Assembly (NCBI GenBank): GCA_039815185.1
Contig: JBCBZT010000019.1
Coordinates: 32,001-96,000, forward strand
Direction: 5' to 3'
DNA length: 64,000 bases
Origin: Cyanobacteria bacterium P01_A01_bin.123
GTDB taxonomy: Bacteria > Cyanobacteriota > Cyanobacteriia > Phormidesmidales > Phormidesmidaceae
The stretch's first letter is position 1. Each line of letters begins with the position of its first letter. Position numbers and translations under genes: made by a program. The notes beneath the pieces are model-generated. The model did no database searches. It was not told where the DNA came from and saw nothing but the letters and a program-made list of their open reading frames with translations. Below are positions 1 through 9,665 of the stretch, one piece after another.

Positions 1-297
1 GGCCCCTTGCAAATCCGCATCGGTTAGGTTGGCTGTGTCTAAATTGACTTGACTCAGGTAGGTTTGGGTCAGCTTCGCAGCTCGGAGATTGGCATGACGC
101 AAATCAGCCCCAATGAGACATGCCCCACTCAAGTCAGCCCCAACCAAATCCACTCCATCCAAACGGGCTTCAAACAAGTAGGCTCCGCTCAAATCGGCCC
201 CGCTCAAGTCTAAAGCGATATCGGGGTGCGCCACTCGCCATTGGTTCCAGTCTTCTATGCCTTTGTCAAGGCGCATGAGATGTTCAGGATTTGCCAT
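1..297 (-). CDS. pentapeptide-repeat protein (N-terminal part; runs off the window edge)
   Basis: Manual translation MANPEHLMRLDKGIEDWNQWRVAHPDIALDLSGADLSGAYLFEARLDGVDLVGADLSGACLIGADLRHANL...; A(D/N)Lxx repeats; not in the ORF track. Confidence 0.9.
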   Translation of the reverse strand, partial: MANPEHLMRLDKGIEDWNQWRVAHPDIALDLSGADLSGAYLFEARLDGVDLVGADLSGACLIGADLRHANLRAAKLTQTYLSQVNLDTANLTDADLQGA

Positions 298-472
298 AGG
301 AAGCCTTCTCAGATGCACGAAACATCAATTCGCCAGGACAACACTACATATAGTACGAAGGAATATAAGGATTGGATTCCACTTATCAGCCAAGTTTAAA
401 CTTGAACTACATCCTAAATCGTTAATTTTCCGGTAAGCGCGAAAGTCATCTATAACATTCCTGGCCTAAAAC

Positions 473-486
473 AGTACATATGGTCT
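473..486 (+). promoter_or_regulatory. possible LexA (SOS) box upstream of ruvB
   Basis: AGTACATATGGTCT, one mismatch to the cyanobacterial consensus RGTAC-N3-DGTWCB, about 75 bp before the ruvB ATG. Confidence 0.4.
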
Positions 487-560
487 AATATATGCCCAGC
501 CGGAATGTGGTGGTTCCTATGTCAGATTATGCCTTTACGCTTTAGGATTGATTTGGAATT

Positions 561-1799
561 ATGGCGATTAAATCTTCCAAACCTGATCCATCAGAACTAA
601 ATCCCCCTGCGTTATCAGAGAGATCAGAGGCGACCGCTAAGCCGCCGTTAGGATTATCTGCTCCAGCATCCCTGACCCCTAAACCCGCTAAACCTCAACA
701 AAAGGGGTTGAGAAAAGACAAGGCGGCTGAAGCAGATGAGATTTTGTCGGGCGATCGCACCCCCACTGAAACCCCACGCCAAGAAGAAGGCTTAAGACCG
801 CAACGCCTCGCCGACTACATCGGCCAAAAATCCCTCAAAGAAGTGCTAGAGATTGCGATTAAGGCTGCCCAGTCTCGGCAAGAAGCCCTGGATCATTTGC
901 TGCTTTACGGCCCCCCAGGCCTAGGCAAAACCACCATGGCGCTGATTTTGGCCCAGGAGATGGGGGTGGGCTGCAAAATCACGACAGCGCCTGCTTTAGA
1001 ACGCCCCAGAGATATTGCTGGCCTGCTGGTAAATCTCAAACAGGGAGACGTACTGTTTATTGATGAAATCCATCGTTTGCCCAAGGTTACAGAAGAGATT
1101 TTGTACCCGGCCATGGAAGATTCCCGCCTCGACATCACCATTGGCAAAGGTCAAAGCGCCCGCACCCGCAGCATCCCGCTCCAGCCGTTTACATTAGTGG
1201 GCGCAACTACTCGCGTGGGGGCGTTGACCTCACCCCTACGCGATCGCTTTGGGTTGATTCAACGCTTGCGGTTTTATGAGCTCGATGAGCTGACTCAAAT
1301 CGTGACGCGCACGGCCCAGGTCCTCAAGACCCCTATTGAACCTGCTGGGGCAACCGAAATTGCCCGCCGGGCCCGCGGTACCCCCAGGATTGCCAATCGC
1401 CTGCTAAAGCGAGTGCGCGACTATGTAGAGGTGAAAGCATCGGGGCCGATTACCGAAGCGATCGCGGCTGAAGCTTTAGAACTCTTCAATGTCGATCCCT
1501 GCGGTCTTGACTGGACCGATCGGCGGTTGTTAACGGTAATGATTGAAAATTTCAATGGCGGGCCCGTAGGCTTGGATACCATGGCTGCCGCCACTGGCGA
1601 AGATGCCCAGACCATTGAAGAGGTATACGAACCTTATTTGATGCAAATTGGTTATCTTCAGCGCACGCCCCGAGGTCGTGTGGCTGCGCCTTCAGCTTGG
1701 CAGCATTTGGGCTACGACTTACCCAATGGCTTTGGGCCTAATGGCTTTGGGCCCAACGGCTTTAGTAGTGGCAATCCTGGTCAGCTTTCATTGATGTGA
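561..1799 (+). CDS. ruvB: Holliday junction branch migration helicase RuvB
   Basis: [12 protein letters not shown], Walker [39 protein letters not shown] motifs. Confidence 0.98.
   Translation: MAIKSSKPDPSELNPPALSERSEATAKPPLGLSAPASLTPKPAKPQQKGLRKDKAAEADEILSGDRTPTETPRQEEGLRPQRLADYIGQKSLKEVLEIAIKAAQSRQEALDHLLLYGPPGLGKTTMALILAQEMGVGCKITTAPALERPRDIAGLLVNLKQGDVLFIDEIHRLPKVTEEILYPAMEDSRLDITIGKGQSARTRSIPLQPFTLVGATTRVGALTSPLRDRFGLIQRLRFYELDELTQIVTRTAQVLKTPIEPAGATEIARRARGTPRIANRLLKRVRDYVEVKASGPITEAIAAEALELFNVDPCGLDWTDRRLLTVMIENFNGGPVGLDTMAAATGEDAQTIEEVYEPYLMQIGYLQRTPRGRVAAPSAWQHLGYDLPNGFGPNGFGPNGFSSGNPGQLSLM
1722..1766 (+). repeat. 3 x 15-bp in-frame tandem repeat (PNGFG) in the ruvB 3' end
   Basis: CCCAATGGCTTTGGG CCTAATGGCTTTGGG CCCAACGGCTTTAGT. 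Confidence 0.9.
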
Positions 1800-1848
1800 C
1801 GCTCCGGCACAAGCCCAATAGACCCGGCATAATAAATACAACACCCTC

Positions 1849-2724
1849 GTGAGGAGCACAGCGCGCACCCCTGCGACGCTATTTGTTATGCGACGCTATT
1901 TACTCAGTATCGTCATTAGCGTATTGATTGCCTTTGGCTTCAGCGCCGTAAGTTTGGCTGAACCCGTCACTCAAACAGCACTAGAAAGTCCAGCGATCGC
2001 TAGTGACTTGTCCCCCCAAGACATAGAAGCTATTGCGAAATTGCGACAGCAAGCCTTCACGGCCACCAGCACTGGAGAGTTTGCCCAGGCCGAGATCTAC
2101 TGGAGCAAGTTGTTGGATTTATTACCCGAGAACCCTGCCCTATGGAGCAATCGGGGCAATGTACGGTTGAGCCAAAATAAACTAGACGCGGCGATCGCAG
2201 ATTACGATCAAGCCATCGCGATCGCCCCTGACGCCCCTGACCCTTACCTCAATAGGGGTGCAGCCTATGAAGGCTTGGGACGCTGGCAAGCGGCGATCGC
2301 AGATTACAATACTGTACTTTCCCTTGAACCCAATGATGTTGCCGCTTACAACAATCGGGGCAATGCCCAAGGCGGACTGGGAAACTGGGACGCGGCCCTG
2401 GCAGACTATCAAACAGCCGCTGACTTAGCCCCAAGCTTTGCACTGGCCCGCGTCAATGTCGGTCTAGCTCAATATCAAACGGGGCAAACCGACGACGCCA
2501 TTCGCACCTTCAGGAACCTAGTCCGTAAATATCGCGACTTTGCCGATGCCCGGGCTGCCCTGACTGCCGTGTTGTGGGTCGACGGTCAGCGGGGGGAGGC
2601 AGAAAGTCATTGGGTCGCAGCAACTGGGTTAGATGGTCGATATCGAGATCTCAACTGGGTTAGAACGATCCGCCGCTGGCCGCCTGCCATGGTCGAGGCA
2701 TTAGATCAGTTCCTTCATCTCTGA
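1849..2724 (+). CDS. exported tetratricopeptide repeat protein
   Basis: Signal-peptide-like N-terminus; several TPRs (AYNNRGNA, AIADYDQAI). Confidence 0.9.
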   Translation: MRSTARTPATLFVMRRYLLSIVISVLIAFGFSAVSLAEPVTQTALESPAIASDLSPQDIEAIAKLRQQAFTATSTGEFAQAEIYWSKLLDLLPENPALWSNRGNVRLSQNKLDAAIADYDQAIAIAPDAPDPYLNRGAAYEGLGRWQAAIADYNTVLSLEPNDVAAYNNRGNAQGGLGNWDAALADYQTAADLAPSFALARVNVGLAQYQTGQTDDAIRTFRNLVRKYRDFADARAALTAVLWVDGQRGEAESHWVAATGLDGRYRDLNWVRTIRRWPPAMVEALDQFLHL

Positions 2725-2806
2725 TCCCAGCCTGCTTCCCCTGGTCTACTCTAGAGGAAGCACTAGCCTCTACACAGAGGCCGCTGAAAGCCCCCTAACC
2801 CTAGAG

Positions 2807-4039
2807 ATGGTCGATTTAGTCTTAATTATGGGCTTGGGCTTCCTTGGAAGCTTTGGCCATTGTGTGGGCATGTGTAGCCCCATTACTGTGGCCCTCGCGC
2901 TGGCCAACCATCCGGAGACAGCGCCTCGATCGCAGTGGCAGCAATTCTGGTTTCACAGCTTGCTCAATCTTGGCCGCTTAGCCAGCTATGTCTTGGTCGG
3001 AGCAGCCATTGGTGCATTGGGCTCAGTGTTGGTCGCCGGAGGACAAGCGGCGGGGATCGGGAGTGGTCTGCGGCGGGGAGTCGCCTTTGTGAGTGGTGGG
3101 TTGCTGATCTGGATCGGCCTTTTGCAAATTAATCCAGGCATATTGCCGCGCTTACCACTCATCCATCCCCTCGCCCAAGAGAAAAGTCATACACGCCTAA
3201 GCAGCGCTATGGCCAAATTGTCCCTGAGCGATCGCTGGTGGACGCCTGCCCTATTGGGGCTGGTATGGGGTTTGATTCCCTGTGGATTTCTTTACACGGC
3301 TCAGATCAAAGCCGCCGAAACCAGTAACCTTTTGGGTGGGGCAGCGACGATGCTAGCCTTTGGGTTAGGGACTGTCCCCATGATGCTGGGGGTAGGCGTG
3401 TCAGCAGCCTGGCTGGGGCGCGAGCGCCGCAGTCAACTGTTTCAACTGGGGGGCTGGATTACCCTATTAATCGGCATCTTGATTTTGACTCGCACTGGCC
3501 AAACGATGGTGGACTACACCGGACATCTGGCGCTACTTTGCCTGGTGCTTACCCTAGTGGCCCGCCCCATTAGCCGTTTGTGGAACTTTCCCCTACGCTG
3601 TCGGCGAGCCTTGGGGGTAGGCTCATTTGTGCTGGCTGTGGCCCACACCGGGCACATGCTAGAACATAGCTGGGGCTGGAACTTAGCCGCCTTTAATTTT
3701 ATGGTGCCCCAACACCGCTGGGGCATTGTGGCTGGGGCTGTGAGTCTGGCGTTGATGGTGCCCTTAGCACTAACTAGCTTTGACTGGGCCCAGAAGCAAC
3801 TCGGCCCCCTTTGGCGCAATCTCCATTTGTTGAGCATTCCGGCCCTGCTGCTGTGCGCCCTACACTGCACCTTAGTGGGTTCTAACTATCTAGGGCGATT
3901 TCAATTTGAGGGGTTGCCCCTCGTCTATACCGCTACGCTTGGCCTAATGATTATCGCAGTATTACTGCTGCGATCGCGATGGTTTTGGAGGCTACTATCC
4001 CTTGAACGCTATTATGCTCCACCCATTAAAAGTCCCTAA
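2807..4039 (+). CDS. membrane protein: DsbD_2/TauE-SafE-like domain fused to a ferric-reductase-like transmembrane domain
   Basis: GHCVGMC and GLIPCG motifs, NLGRLASY, C-terminal RRALG...ALTS...WRNLH pattern. Confidence 0.75.
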   Translation: MVDLVLIMGLGFLGSFGHCVGMCSPITVALALANHPETAPRSQWQQFWFHSLLNLGRLASYVLVGAAIGALGSVLVAGGQAAGIGSGLRRGVAFVSGGLLIWIGLLQINPGILPRLPLIHPLAQEKSHTRLSSAMAKLSLSDRWWTPALLGLVWGLIPCGFLYTAQIKAAETSNLLGGAATMLAFGLGTVPMMLGVGVSAAWLGRERRSQLFQLGGWITLLIGILILTRTGQTMVDYTGHLALLCLVLTLVARPISRLWNFPLRCRRALGVGSFVLAVAHTGHMLEHSWGWNLAAFNFMVPQHRWGIVAGAVSLALMVPLALTSFDWAQKQLGPLWRNLHLLSIPALLLCALHCTLVGSNYLGRFQFEGLPLVYTATLGLMIIAVLLLRSRWFWRLLSLERYYAPPIKSP

Positions 4040-4772
4040 TCGATCATCTGCTCAGGGTATGCCCATCCAGCAACTCACCAGCGCTTTAGTCCCCATCACA
4101 TCTGTCACAATAGGACTGCTGGGCTGGGCTGGGGTATCTCCTGCGATCGCCCACCAGGTCAAAACGACCGATTCCGTGGGTGCCACCCTACACATCGAAC
4201 CCAACGATACGCCTCAAGCCGGTGTCCCCACTGAAGTCTGGTTTGCGCTAACTCGCCAAGGCGGTGAAAGCATCCCCCTAGCTGACTGTGACTGTCAGTT
4301 GATGATCTATACCCAGCCCTTAACATCAGAAGCAACTCCCCTACTCAATCCACCCCTATCAGCGACCTCAGCCGAAGGCTACACCGCCATTCCCAGTGCT
4401 GAGGTGACGTTTCCTAACGTTGGCACTTACACGCTAGCTTTAACAGGTGCCCCTAAGGCCAACCAAAGCTTCTCTCCATTTGAATTGGCCTTTGACGTTA
4501 CCGTGGCAACTGGCCCTTCTGCGCCACGCGTTGAGCCCGCCCAGCAACCCCAGGCGATTGAAACCGATCAGACAACGACTGAGCCTAAGACAACGGACTC
4601 AGCCCCCCAAACCGCCACATTACCTGAAACGGAAACGCCCGCAGCAGCCTGGCCGCTGCAATTTTCCCAGACTCAGTGGCAAAAACCTACCATTCTGGTG
4701 TTGTTAATCCTGTTGGTGCTGGGTGTAGGCGGTGTATGGCAATTGCGGCAAAAGCGATCGCCCAAAGAATAA
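4002..4772 (+). CDS. exported, C-terminally anchored hypothetical protein (start may be ATG 4059)
   Basis: Signal peptide ending AIA-H, ATLHIEPND, CDC motif, Pro/Thr-rich linker, C-terminal TM helix. Confidence 0.75.
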   Translation: MNAIMLHPLKVPNRSSAQGMPIQQLTSALVPITSVTIGLLGWAGVSPAIAHQVKTTDSVGATLHIEPNDTPQAGVPTEVWFALTRQGGESIPLADCDCQLMIYTQPLTSEATPLLNPPLSATSAEGYTAIPSAEVTFPNVGTYTLALTGAPKANQSFSPFELAFDVTVATGPSAPRVEPAQQPQAIETDQTTTEPKTTDSAPQTATLPETETPAAAWPLQFSQTQWQKPTILVLLILLVLGVGGVWQLRQKRSPKE

Positions 4773-4950
4773 ACTCTGGTTAACAGGGCACTAACACCGC
4801 AGAAATAATCTGATCCAGGCATCGCTGATCAGAAGACCACCCGTCTATATTTTCCATTCGCTGCTAATTAATGGACAACCCCATATTTCACCAATTATGC
4901 TAATCTCCTGTAAGGATTATTTTCGGGCTTGAACAGGTTGCGTTTCGTAA

Positions 4951-4996
4951 TCTCCGGATCTAATATCTTTATCGCATGCTCTGAATTGCTGGAGAT
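4951..4996 (+). promoter_or_regulatory. rbp 5' UTR element able to pair with the RBS
   Basis: TCTCCGGA (4951-4958) is complementary to CTGGAGA at the RBS; resembles the conserved box of cyanobacterial rbp leaders. Confidence 0.45.
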
Positions 4997-5004
4997 TTCC
5001 ATAA

Positions 5005-5250
5005 ATGTCAATTTACGTCGGCAACCTCTCTTTCAAGGCCACCCAGGAGGATGTCACCGAAGTTTTCAAAGAATACGGTACCGTTAAGCGAGTGCAGCTT
5101 CCGACCGATCGTGAGACGGGTCGGATGAGGGGCTTTGGCTTCGTTGAGATGAGTTCTGATGAAGAAGAAGCTGCCGCAATTGAAGCCCTAGACGGTGCTG
5201 AGTGGATGGGGCGCGAGCTACGGGTTAATAAAGCCAGACCACGTCAATAG
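5005..5250 (+). CDS. rbp: RRM RNA-binding protein (cyanobacterial Rbp family, no Gly-rich tail)
   Basis: RNP2 IYVGNL, RNP1 RGFGFVEM. Confidence 0.95.
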   Translation: MSIYVGNLSFKATQEDVTEVFKEYGTVKRVQLPTDRETGRMRGFGFVEMSSDEEEAAAIEALDGAEWMGRELRVNKARPRQ

Positions 5251-5302
5251 CTTCTTAACTGAGGCATGCGTCTCGCTTAACTTCATCCAAATTCTTTCCC
5301 AC

Positions 5303-5343
5303 AAAGTTACTTCCAGATGTGCCCCACATCTGGAAGTAACTTT
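5303..5343. terminator. perfect 19-bp inverted repeat, likely terminator after rbp
   Basis: AAAGTTACTTCCAGATGTG-ccc-CACATCTGGAAGTAACTTT followed by T-rich sequence. Confidence 0.8.
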
Positions 5344-5433
5344 TCTATTGCAATCCTCGTTTTGAGAAGCAAGTTTCAAAATGACGGAACTCAGAGGTTT
5401 GTAAGCAATCCCTGCGATTTCTAATTTTCAAAA

Positions 5434-5467
5434 CAAGACTTATTAATTTTCTAATAAATAAGTCTTG
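5434..5467. terminator. inverted repeat between convergent genes
   Basis: CAAGACTTATT...AATAAGTCTTG. Confidence 0.5.
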
Positions 5468-5507
5468 AGTGATACAGGAAAAGTTCCCTAACGTTAGATG
5501 GCCCTTG

Positions 5508-6404
5508 TCAAACTCGTTTGCCTAGCCAGTTGAGAATCGCCTGATTGACAATGTCAGGACGCTCATCATGGGGACAATGCCCCGTTTTTGGGATCGATGC
5601 AAAGGTCATAGACAAGTGTGCCTCGGGGTCTTCGCTCAGCTGGCGATAGATTTCAGCACCTTTAATCGGTGTCCAGGGATCATTCTCACCCCATAGCACC
5701 AGCAAAGGCTGATGGATCCTGGGCAACAATTCACTCGGCCTAGGGCCAGCGGGGGCTGTCACAATAGATGCGAAGACTTTTTGGGCACCCGGATCACAAG
5801 ATGGTTGGTAAAGCATATTGACCAGGTCATCTGTAATCGCCTCACGATTGTTATAAACCTGCTTCAAAGAGCCCCGAATGCGATGCTTTTGACGCACTTG
5901 ATTAAACACAAAGGGGCCTAACCACTCAGAACTGACCAATTGAGTGAATGCCCCCATAATCAACCTCAACAGGGGATTAAGTTCTTCTGGGCGGTGATTC
6001 AGCCCGCCAGCACAATTGAGCAAAACCCCAGCTTGGGCCGCATCTTTGTGGTTAGCCAACATCATTAGCGTCAGCAACCCCCCAATAGAGTTGCCCACAA
6101 ATACTGCCGGAACCCGCACATAGGTCTGCCAAAAGTCGTGCAGCAGAGTTTGCCATAGTTCTACGGTGTATCCCAAAGCAGGTTTGTCGCTGTCGCCAAA
6201 CCCCAACAAATCGATGGCAAAGACTTGATAGCCCGCTTCAGCCAGCACCGGAATATTTTTACGCCAGTGACCAATCGAAGCACCGAAGCCATGCACTAAG
6301 ACTAACGGCGTTCCCTTTCCCTGAACGGTGTATTTGATCGCGTGGCCATGCCATTGCCAAGTCAGTTTCTGAATATTTTGGAGGGCTAGAAGTTGGGCGG
6401 TCAT
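5508..6404 (-). CDS. alpha/beta fold hydrolase
   Basis: HGFG, GNSIGG nucleophile elbow, GHCPHDE; start moved to MTAQLL (ATG 6404). Confidence 0.9.
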   Translation of the reverse strand: MTAQLLALQNIQKLTWQWHGHAIKYTVQGKGTPLVLVHGFGASIGHWRKNIPVLAEAGYQVFAIDLLGFGDSDKPALGYTVELWQTLLHDFWQTYVRVPAVFVGNSIGGLLTLMMLANHKDAAQAGVLLNCAGGLNHRPEELNPLLRLIMGAFTQLVSSEWLGPFVFNQVRQKHRIRGSLKQVYNNREAITDDLVNMLYQPSCDPGAQKVFASIVTAPAGPRPSELLPRIHQPLLVLWGENDPWTPIKGAEIYRQLSEDPEAHLSMTFASIPKTGHCPHDERPDIVNQAILNWLGKRV

Positions 6405-6426
6405 AGAGTTACTTAACTTTTCTTTA

Positions 6427-7041
6427 TCATAGACCAGTTGTCTCCTTAACCCAAAGGGCAAGACCGCCGCCTTTGCCCCGTGCCGCAATACAGTCTTGAG
6501 ACACCAGAAAATAAGTGAAAAAAGCTTGCTGCTTTAAGGACTGCTCAAAAAAAGTACTTTCACGCTGTTGTCCATTGCCAACGTAGCCTTTGTAGAGCGT
6601 GCTGTCAGCCAGGGCAAGCTGCAGGTGCGTAAAGTCAAAGGCTAGAATATTTCGCTGTGGCCAAAAGCACACTGGCCCAGAAACGACGAGTTTGATTGGG
6701 CCAAATTTTACGACGTTGGCAACGGTTCCTCGATGGTTTGTTTCAGCCTCTGCTGCAGTTTCGCAGGGCCACCCAGCTGCATAGGTAATCTGAATCGTGA
6801 CCCACGGCGGGATAAATCGGCCTGCCCCCAGTAAGCCCCCCGCCGCTTTACGGGAGTTGTGGGTGCCTGTAATAAACCCCAATCGCCAAGTCCCTAATAG
6901 GGATGCAAACGGATAGCTTTGACGGTTAGCGCGCGCTGTTTTTTCTGAGATTAGGAGGGCTGATACAACTTCCGTAGCTGTCGGTCGCGCAACATGAACC
7001 TGGGTTAGGAAATCAACGGCAGGCTGTAAATCAGGGAGCAT
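6427..7041 (-). CDS. hypothetical protein (possibly lipocalin/fibrillin-like)
   Basis: LLGTWRLGF and ARGKGGGLALW pattern; start MLPDLQ chosen to avoid overlap. Confidence 0.65.
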   Translation of the reverse strand: MLPDLQPAVDFLTQVHVARPTATEVVSALLISEKTARANRQSYPFASLLGTWRLGFITGTHNSRKAAGGLLGAGRFIPPWVTIQITYAAGWPCETAAEAETNHRGTVANVVKFGPIKLVVSGPVCFWPQRNILAFDFTHLQLALADSTLYKGYVGNGQQRESTFFEQSLKQQAFFTYFLVSQDCIAARGKGGGLALWVKETTGL

Positions 7042-7090
7042 AACTGTCAGAGGATGGGGTTTCCAGATGTCACCTTCAAGCTCAGCATAC

Positions 7091-8560
7091 TCAATTCTGT
7101 TCTGAATATTCAGGCAGAAACACATTGAACTCAGGCACAGCAGCGGAGACTAATTCAGGCTTAGTTTCATCCGTAGCTTTTTCTGGAATCTCTGGGTTAA
7201 TAGGCGTTGCCACCACTTCTAAGCTGGGCTGATCGGGAGTATGGTTGGCGCTGAGAGTGGATTCAGGGGCAGTCACTGTTTGAGCAACTTCTGTCGCGGC
7301 TGGATTGGGTGGCAGATCAAAGTCAAGGGCAATGAACTGATCTACTGGATCGTCTAAATCTAAGGGCTGACTGGCGTTCGGGGCCACGTTAGCATCGGTT
7401 TCTGAAGGAGGCGCGGAGGGATTGAGGGGTGAAGCGATCGCGGCCTGGGAAATCTCAGTCGGAATTTCACCCGCGGCCTCTACCGCTCTAGCAACAGCAT
7501 TCATGCGTCTTTGCTGATCTCGGTTTACCCCCTGGAGAGTGTTGCCTAACCCCGGTGCATTCCACCGTTGCTGATCAGAATCGAAATAAGCATAGGTGCG
7601 TGACCACAAAATTGCTTCGTCTCCTTCGAGGCCCTGCGCTTGCGCTTCCACCAATCGATCCATATAGCCCCCTTGACCTAAAGCCGCTAGGGGAGATTGA
7701 TTCGCTAAATCCAAGGCATTTAGGGTTTGGGCTAAATCTAAAATTAATCCTCGGGCTTGCGCTTTTTGCTGGATGATTTTGGCTTGTGACTGTAATCTCG
7801 CTAGTTGCTTATGATCGGCCTCCTCTGGAGAATTGGCTCCATGCTGGTAAGAGAATGTCCCCAAGTTCCAAGCTTGGTTGCCCGGATCAACGTGACCTCC
7901 AAATGCTTGAGTGTACTCTCCGGCAGGCGTACGCGTGCCTTCAGCACTCCCAATCGCACGGGCAACCAAAGAATCTCTCCCCCCCTGAAAGACGAATGCT
8001 TCCATGACTTGGGCCATGTCAGTGGTAGAAAGGGCGATCACGGATGCTGGCTCGGGGACAGACACCTCAGCCTTTTGGATCGCAGTTGATACTGCAGGGG
8101 CCTCAAACGCAAAGGAAAGACCGATCGGTGAGCGACTTTGAGCAACTTGTACTACGACTGATTCGGGTGAGGTCGCTGCAGCAACCTCTATAGGTTGCAC
8201 AGTCAGGGTTGGGGGGGCAGGCGGTAAGGCTGCCGAAAATTCTTCAACCTGAGCCGAAAGGGCTTGAGCATTACCTTGATAGACGGAAGCAGGAAGCGCC
8301 ACTGCAACTCTAGAAATAGGAGGATTAGCCGCATTCGGCGGAATGGGCAACGGGGTATCTGCAGCCAGCACGGCCTCAGCCTCCAGTGAGCCCTCAACCG
8401 GAGACTTAGCCAGAGCGGGGGAGCCTACCGATGCATCGCTCGCTAGATCAGGCAGGCTGAAGTCTAGAGCGATGTCATCGGCAGGTGTCTGAGCCCTGGC
8501 AGGAATTCCCGCCGTCACGGCCAGAAGGCTTAAGGCAATTAGAGAAGGGGACTTCATCAT
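7091..8560 (-). CDS. secreted protein with a central lysozyme-like domain between Pro/Ala-rich linkers
   Basis: Signal peptide; ARAIGSAEGT...GHVDPGN...NLGTFSYQ core resembles the lysozyme-superfamily catalytic-Glu helix (fold is inferred). Confidence 0.7.
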   Translation of the reverse strand: MMKSPSLIALSLLAVTAGIPARAQTPADDIALDFSLPDLASDASVGSPALAKSPVEGSLEAEAVLAADTPLPIPPNAANPPISRVAVALPASVYQGNAQALSAQVEEFSAALPPAPPTLTVQPIEVAAATSPESVVVQVAQSRSPIGLSFAFEAPAVSTAIQKAEVSVPEPASVIALSTTDMAQVMEAFVFQGGRDSLVARAIGSAEGTRTPAGEYTQAFGGHVDPGNQAWNLGTFSYQHGANSPEEADHKQLARLQSQAKIIQQKAQARGLILDLAQTLNALDLANQSPLAALGQGGYMDRLVEAQAQGLEGDEAILWSRTYAYFDSDQQRWNAPGLGNTLQGVNRDQQRRMNAVARAVEAAGEIPTEISQAAIASPLNPSAPPSETDANVAPNASQPLDLDDPVDQFIALDFDLPPNPAATEVAQTVTAPESTLSANHTPDQPSLEVVATPINPEIPEKATDETKPELVSAAVPEFNVFLPEYSEQN

Positions 8561-8602
8561 CAGAGGTACTATGGCAGAAAGATATTGGAAGAACCATGAG
8601 AC

Positions 8603-9085
8603 TTAAGGTTGGGCCGATCGCACGGCTGGTTCAAGCGATCGCGTCAAAATGTCACTTGAGGGTTCAACAATGGCCCATGTGCCATCGGGTTGGCGGCGCA
8701 GGGTGGCAAAGTGTAGATAGCGACCTTTGCCAATTTTTTTGCCTTGCTTAACCGGGCCCAACCGAGGATGCTCAAGGCCACACAGCCGAAACAGGTAGGC
8801 GGGCACTTCTGGCGTTGAGAACAAGACACAGGGACTATCTTTGAGGGGTTCTACATCTCCTTGAAATGGGGCATATACCGCAGCTCCGTTTAACTCGACA
8901 GACACATCACCCAAGCTGGCACTCACCTGACGCCCCCCGACAACCATCCCTGGCTGCAATTCCCACTGTTGTTGAAGTGGCACGGGACGGGGCGCTACCG
9001 TTGCCCCTTGACTACAGCCCACTATGGCGATCGCGCTACTGACCACACCCAAAAGCCGTCCCAAGGCCTGTCGTGATGGCAGCAT
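8603..9085 (-). CDS. lipoprotein with a degenerate M23/LytM-like domain
   Basis: Lipobox IVGC; GAAVYAPFQGDV and VKQGKKIG..YLHF resemble M23 motifs; start uncertain. Confidence 0.65.
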   Translation of the reverse strand: MLPSRQALGRLLGVVSSAIAIVGCSQGATVAPRPVPLQQQWELQPGMVVGGRQVSASLGDVSVELNGAAVYAPFQGDVEPLKDSPCVLFSTPEVPAYLFRLCGLEHPRLGPVKQGKKIGKGRYLHFATLRRQPDGTWAIVEPSSDILTRSLEPAVRSAQP

Positions 9086-9119
9086 CACCAGCCTGACTGC
9101 ATGGGAGTCATCAAGGCTT

Positions 9120-9539
9120 TTATTCAAAGTGGAAACGATAGCCCGCATACTCGTCGTTTTCGTAAAGAATGACCAATTGGGTCTGGGGATCAAATTCCAG
9201 GGGGTAGGCTTCTCGCTCAGCCACAACGCCTGAACGAACCGTCAAGTCTGGCAGCGTACAGTAAGGTTCATTGACGATTTCGCGCACTTTAGTTTTGCTA
9301 TCCCGCTCTGGAATGGCCAAAACTTGAGCCAACTTCTCACGCGATAGGGTGGCATCACCCTGCACCAAATTTTCGCACCGCTCTCCGGTGACAATCGCTT
9401 GGGGTTTGATCAGCAATCCTCGCATCCCCTGAAAGTCAAATAGCAGTCCGACTAGGGCAAACATCAATCCCCCAGCCAGCATCGGCTTAAGAAATAGTCC
9501 TGGCCCAGAGTGATTTACGGGATAGTGAGTGGGGGTCAT
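9120..9539 (-). CDS. membrane-anchored hypothetical protein
   Basis: GGAGGAG RBS before ATG 9539; one N-terminal TM helix; two Cys in the soluble domain. Confidence 0.8.
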   Translation of the reverse strand: MTPTHYPVNHSGPGLFLKPMLAGGLMFALVGLLFDFQGMRGLLIKPQAIVTGERCENLVQGDATLSREKLAQVLAIPERDSKTKVREIVNEPYCTLPDLTVRSGVVAEREAYPLEFDPQTQLVILYENDEYAGYRFHFE

Positions 9540-9575
9540 AATCTCCTCCTGTAAGTCGTGCACAAATTTAAGTCT

Positions 9576-9665
9576 TAAACCTTGACCACACCCGGAGCCA
9601 TCGTTTCCCCTGTAAGGGCGCAAGACCTTGCGCCCCTAAGCCAGGCCTGAAATCGGATGTGGCTT
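9576..9665 (+). repeat. family A ~70-bp dispersed repeat, interrupted by a REP-like palindrome
   Basis: TAAACCTTGACCACACCCGGAGCCATCGTTTCCCCT[insert]AGCCAGGCCTGAAATCGGATGTGGCTT. Confidence 0.7.
9612..9638. repeat. REP-like palindrome
   Basis: GTAAGGGCGCAAGACCTTGCGCCCCTA; GTAG-like start followed by a GC hairpin. Confidence 0.75.
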
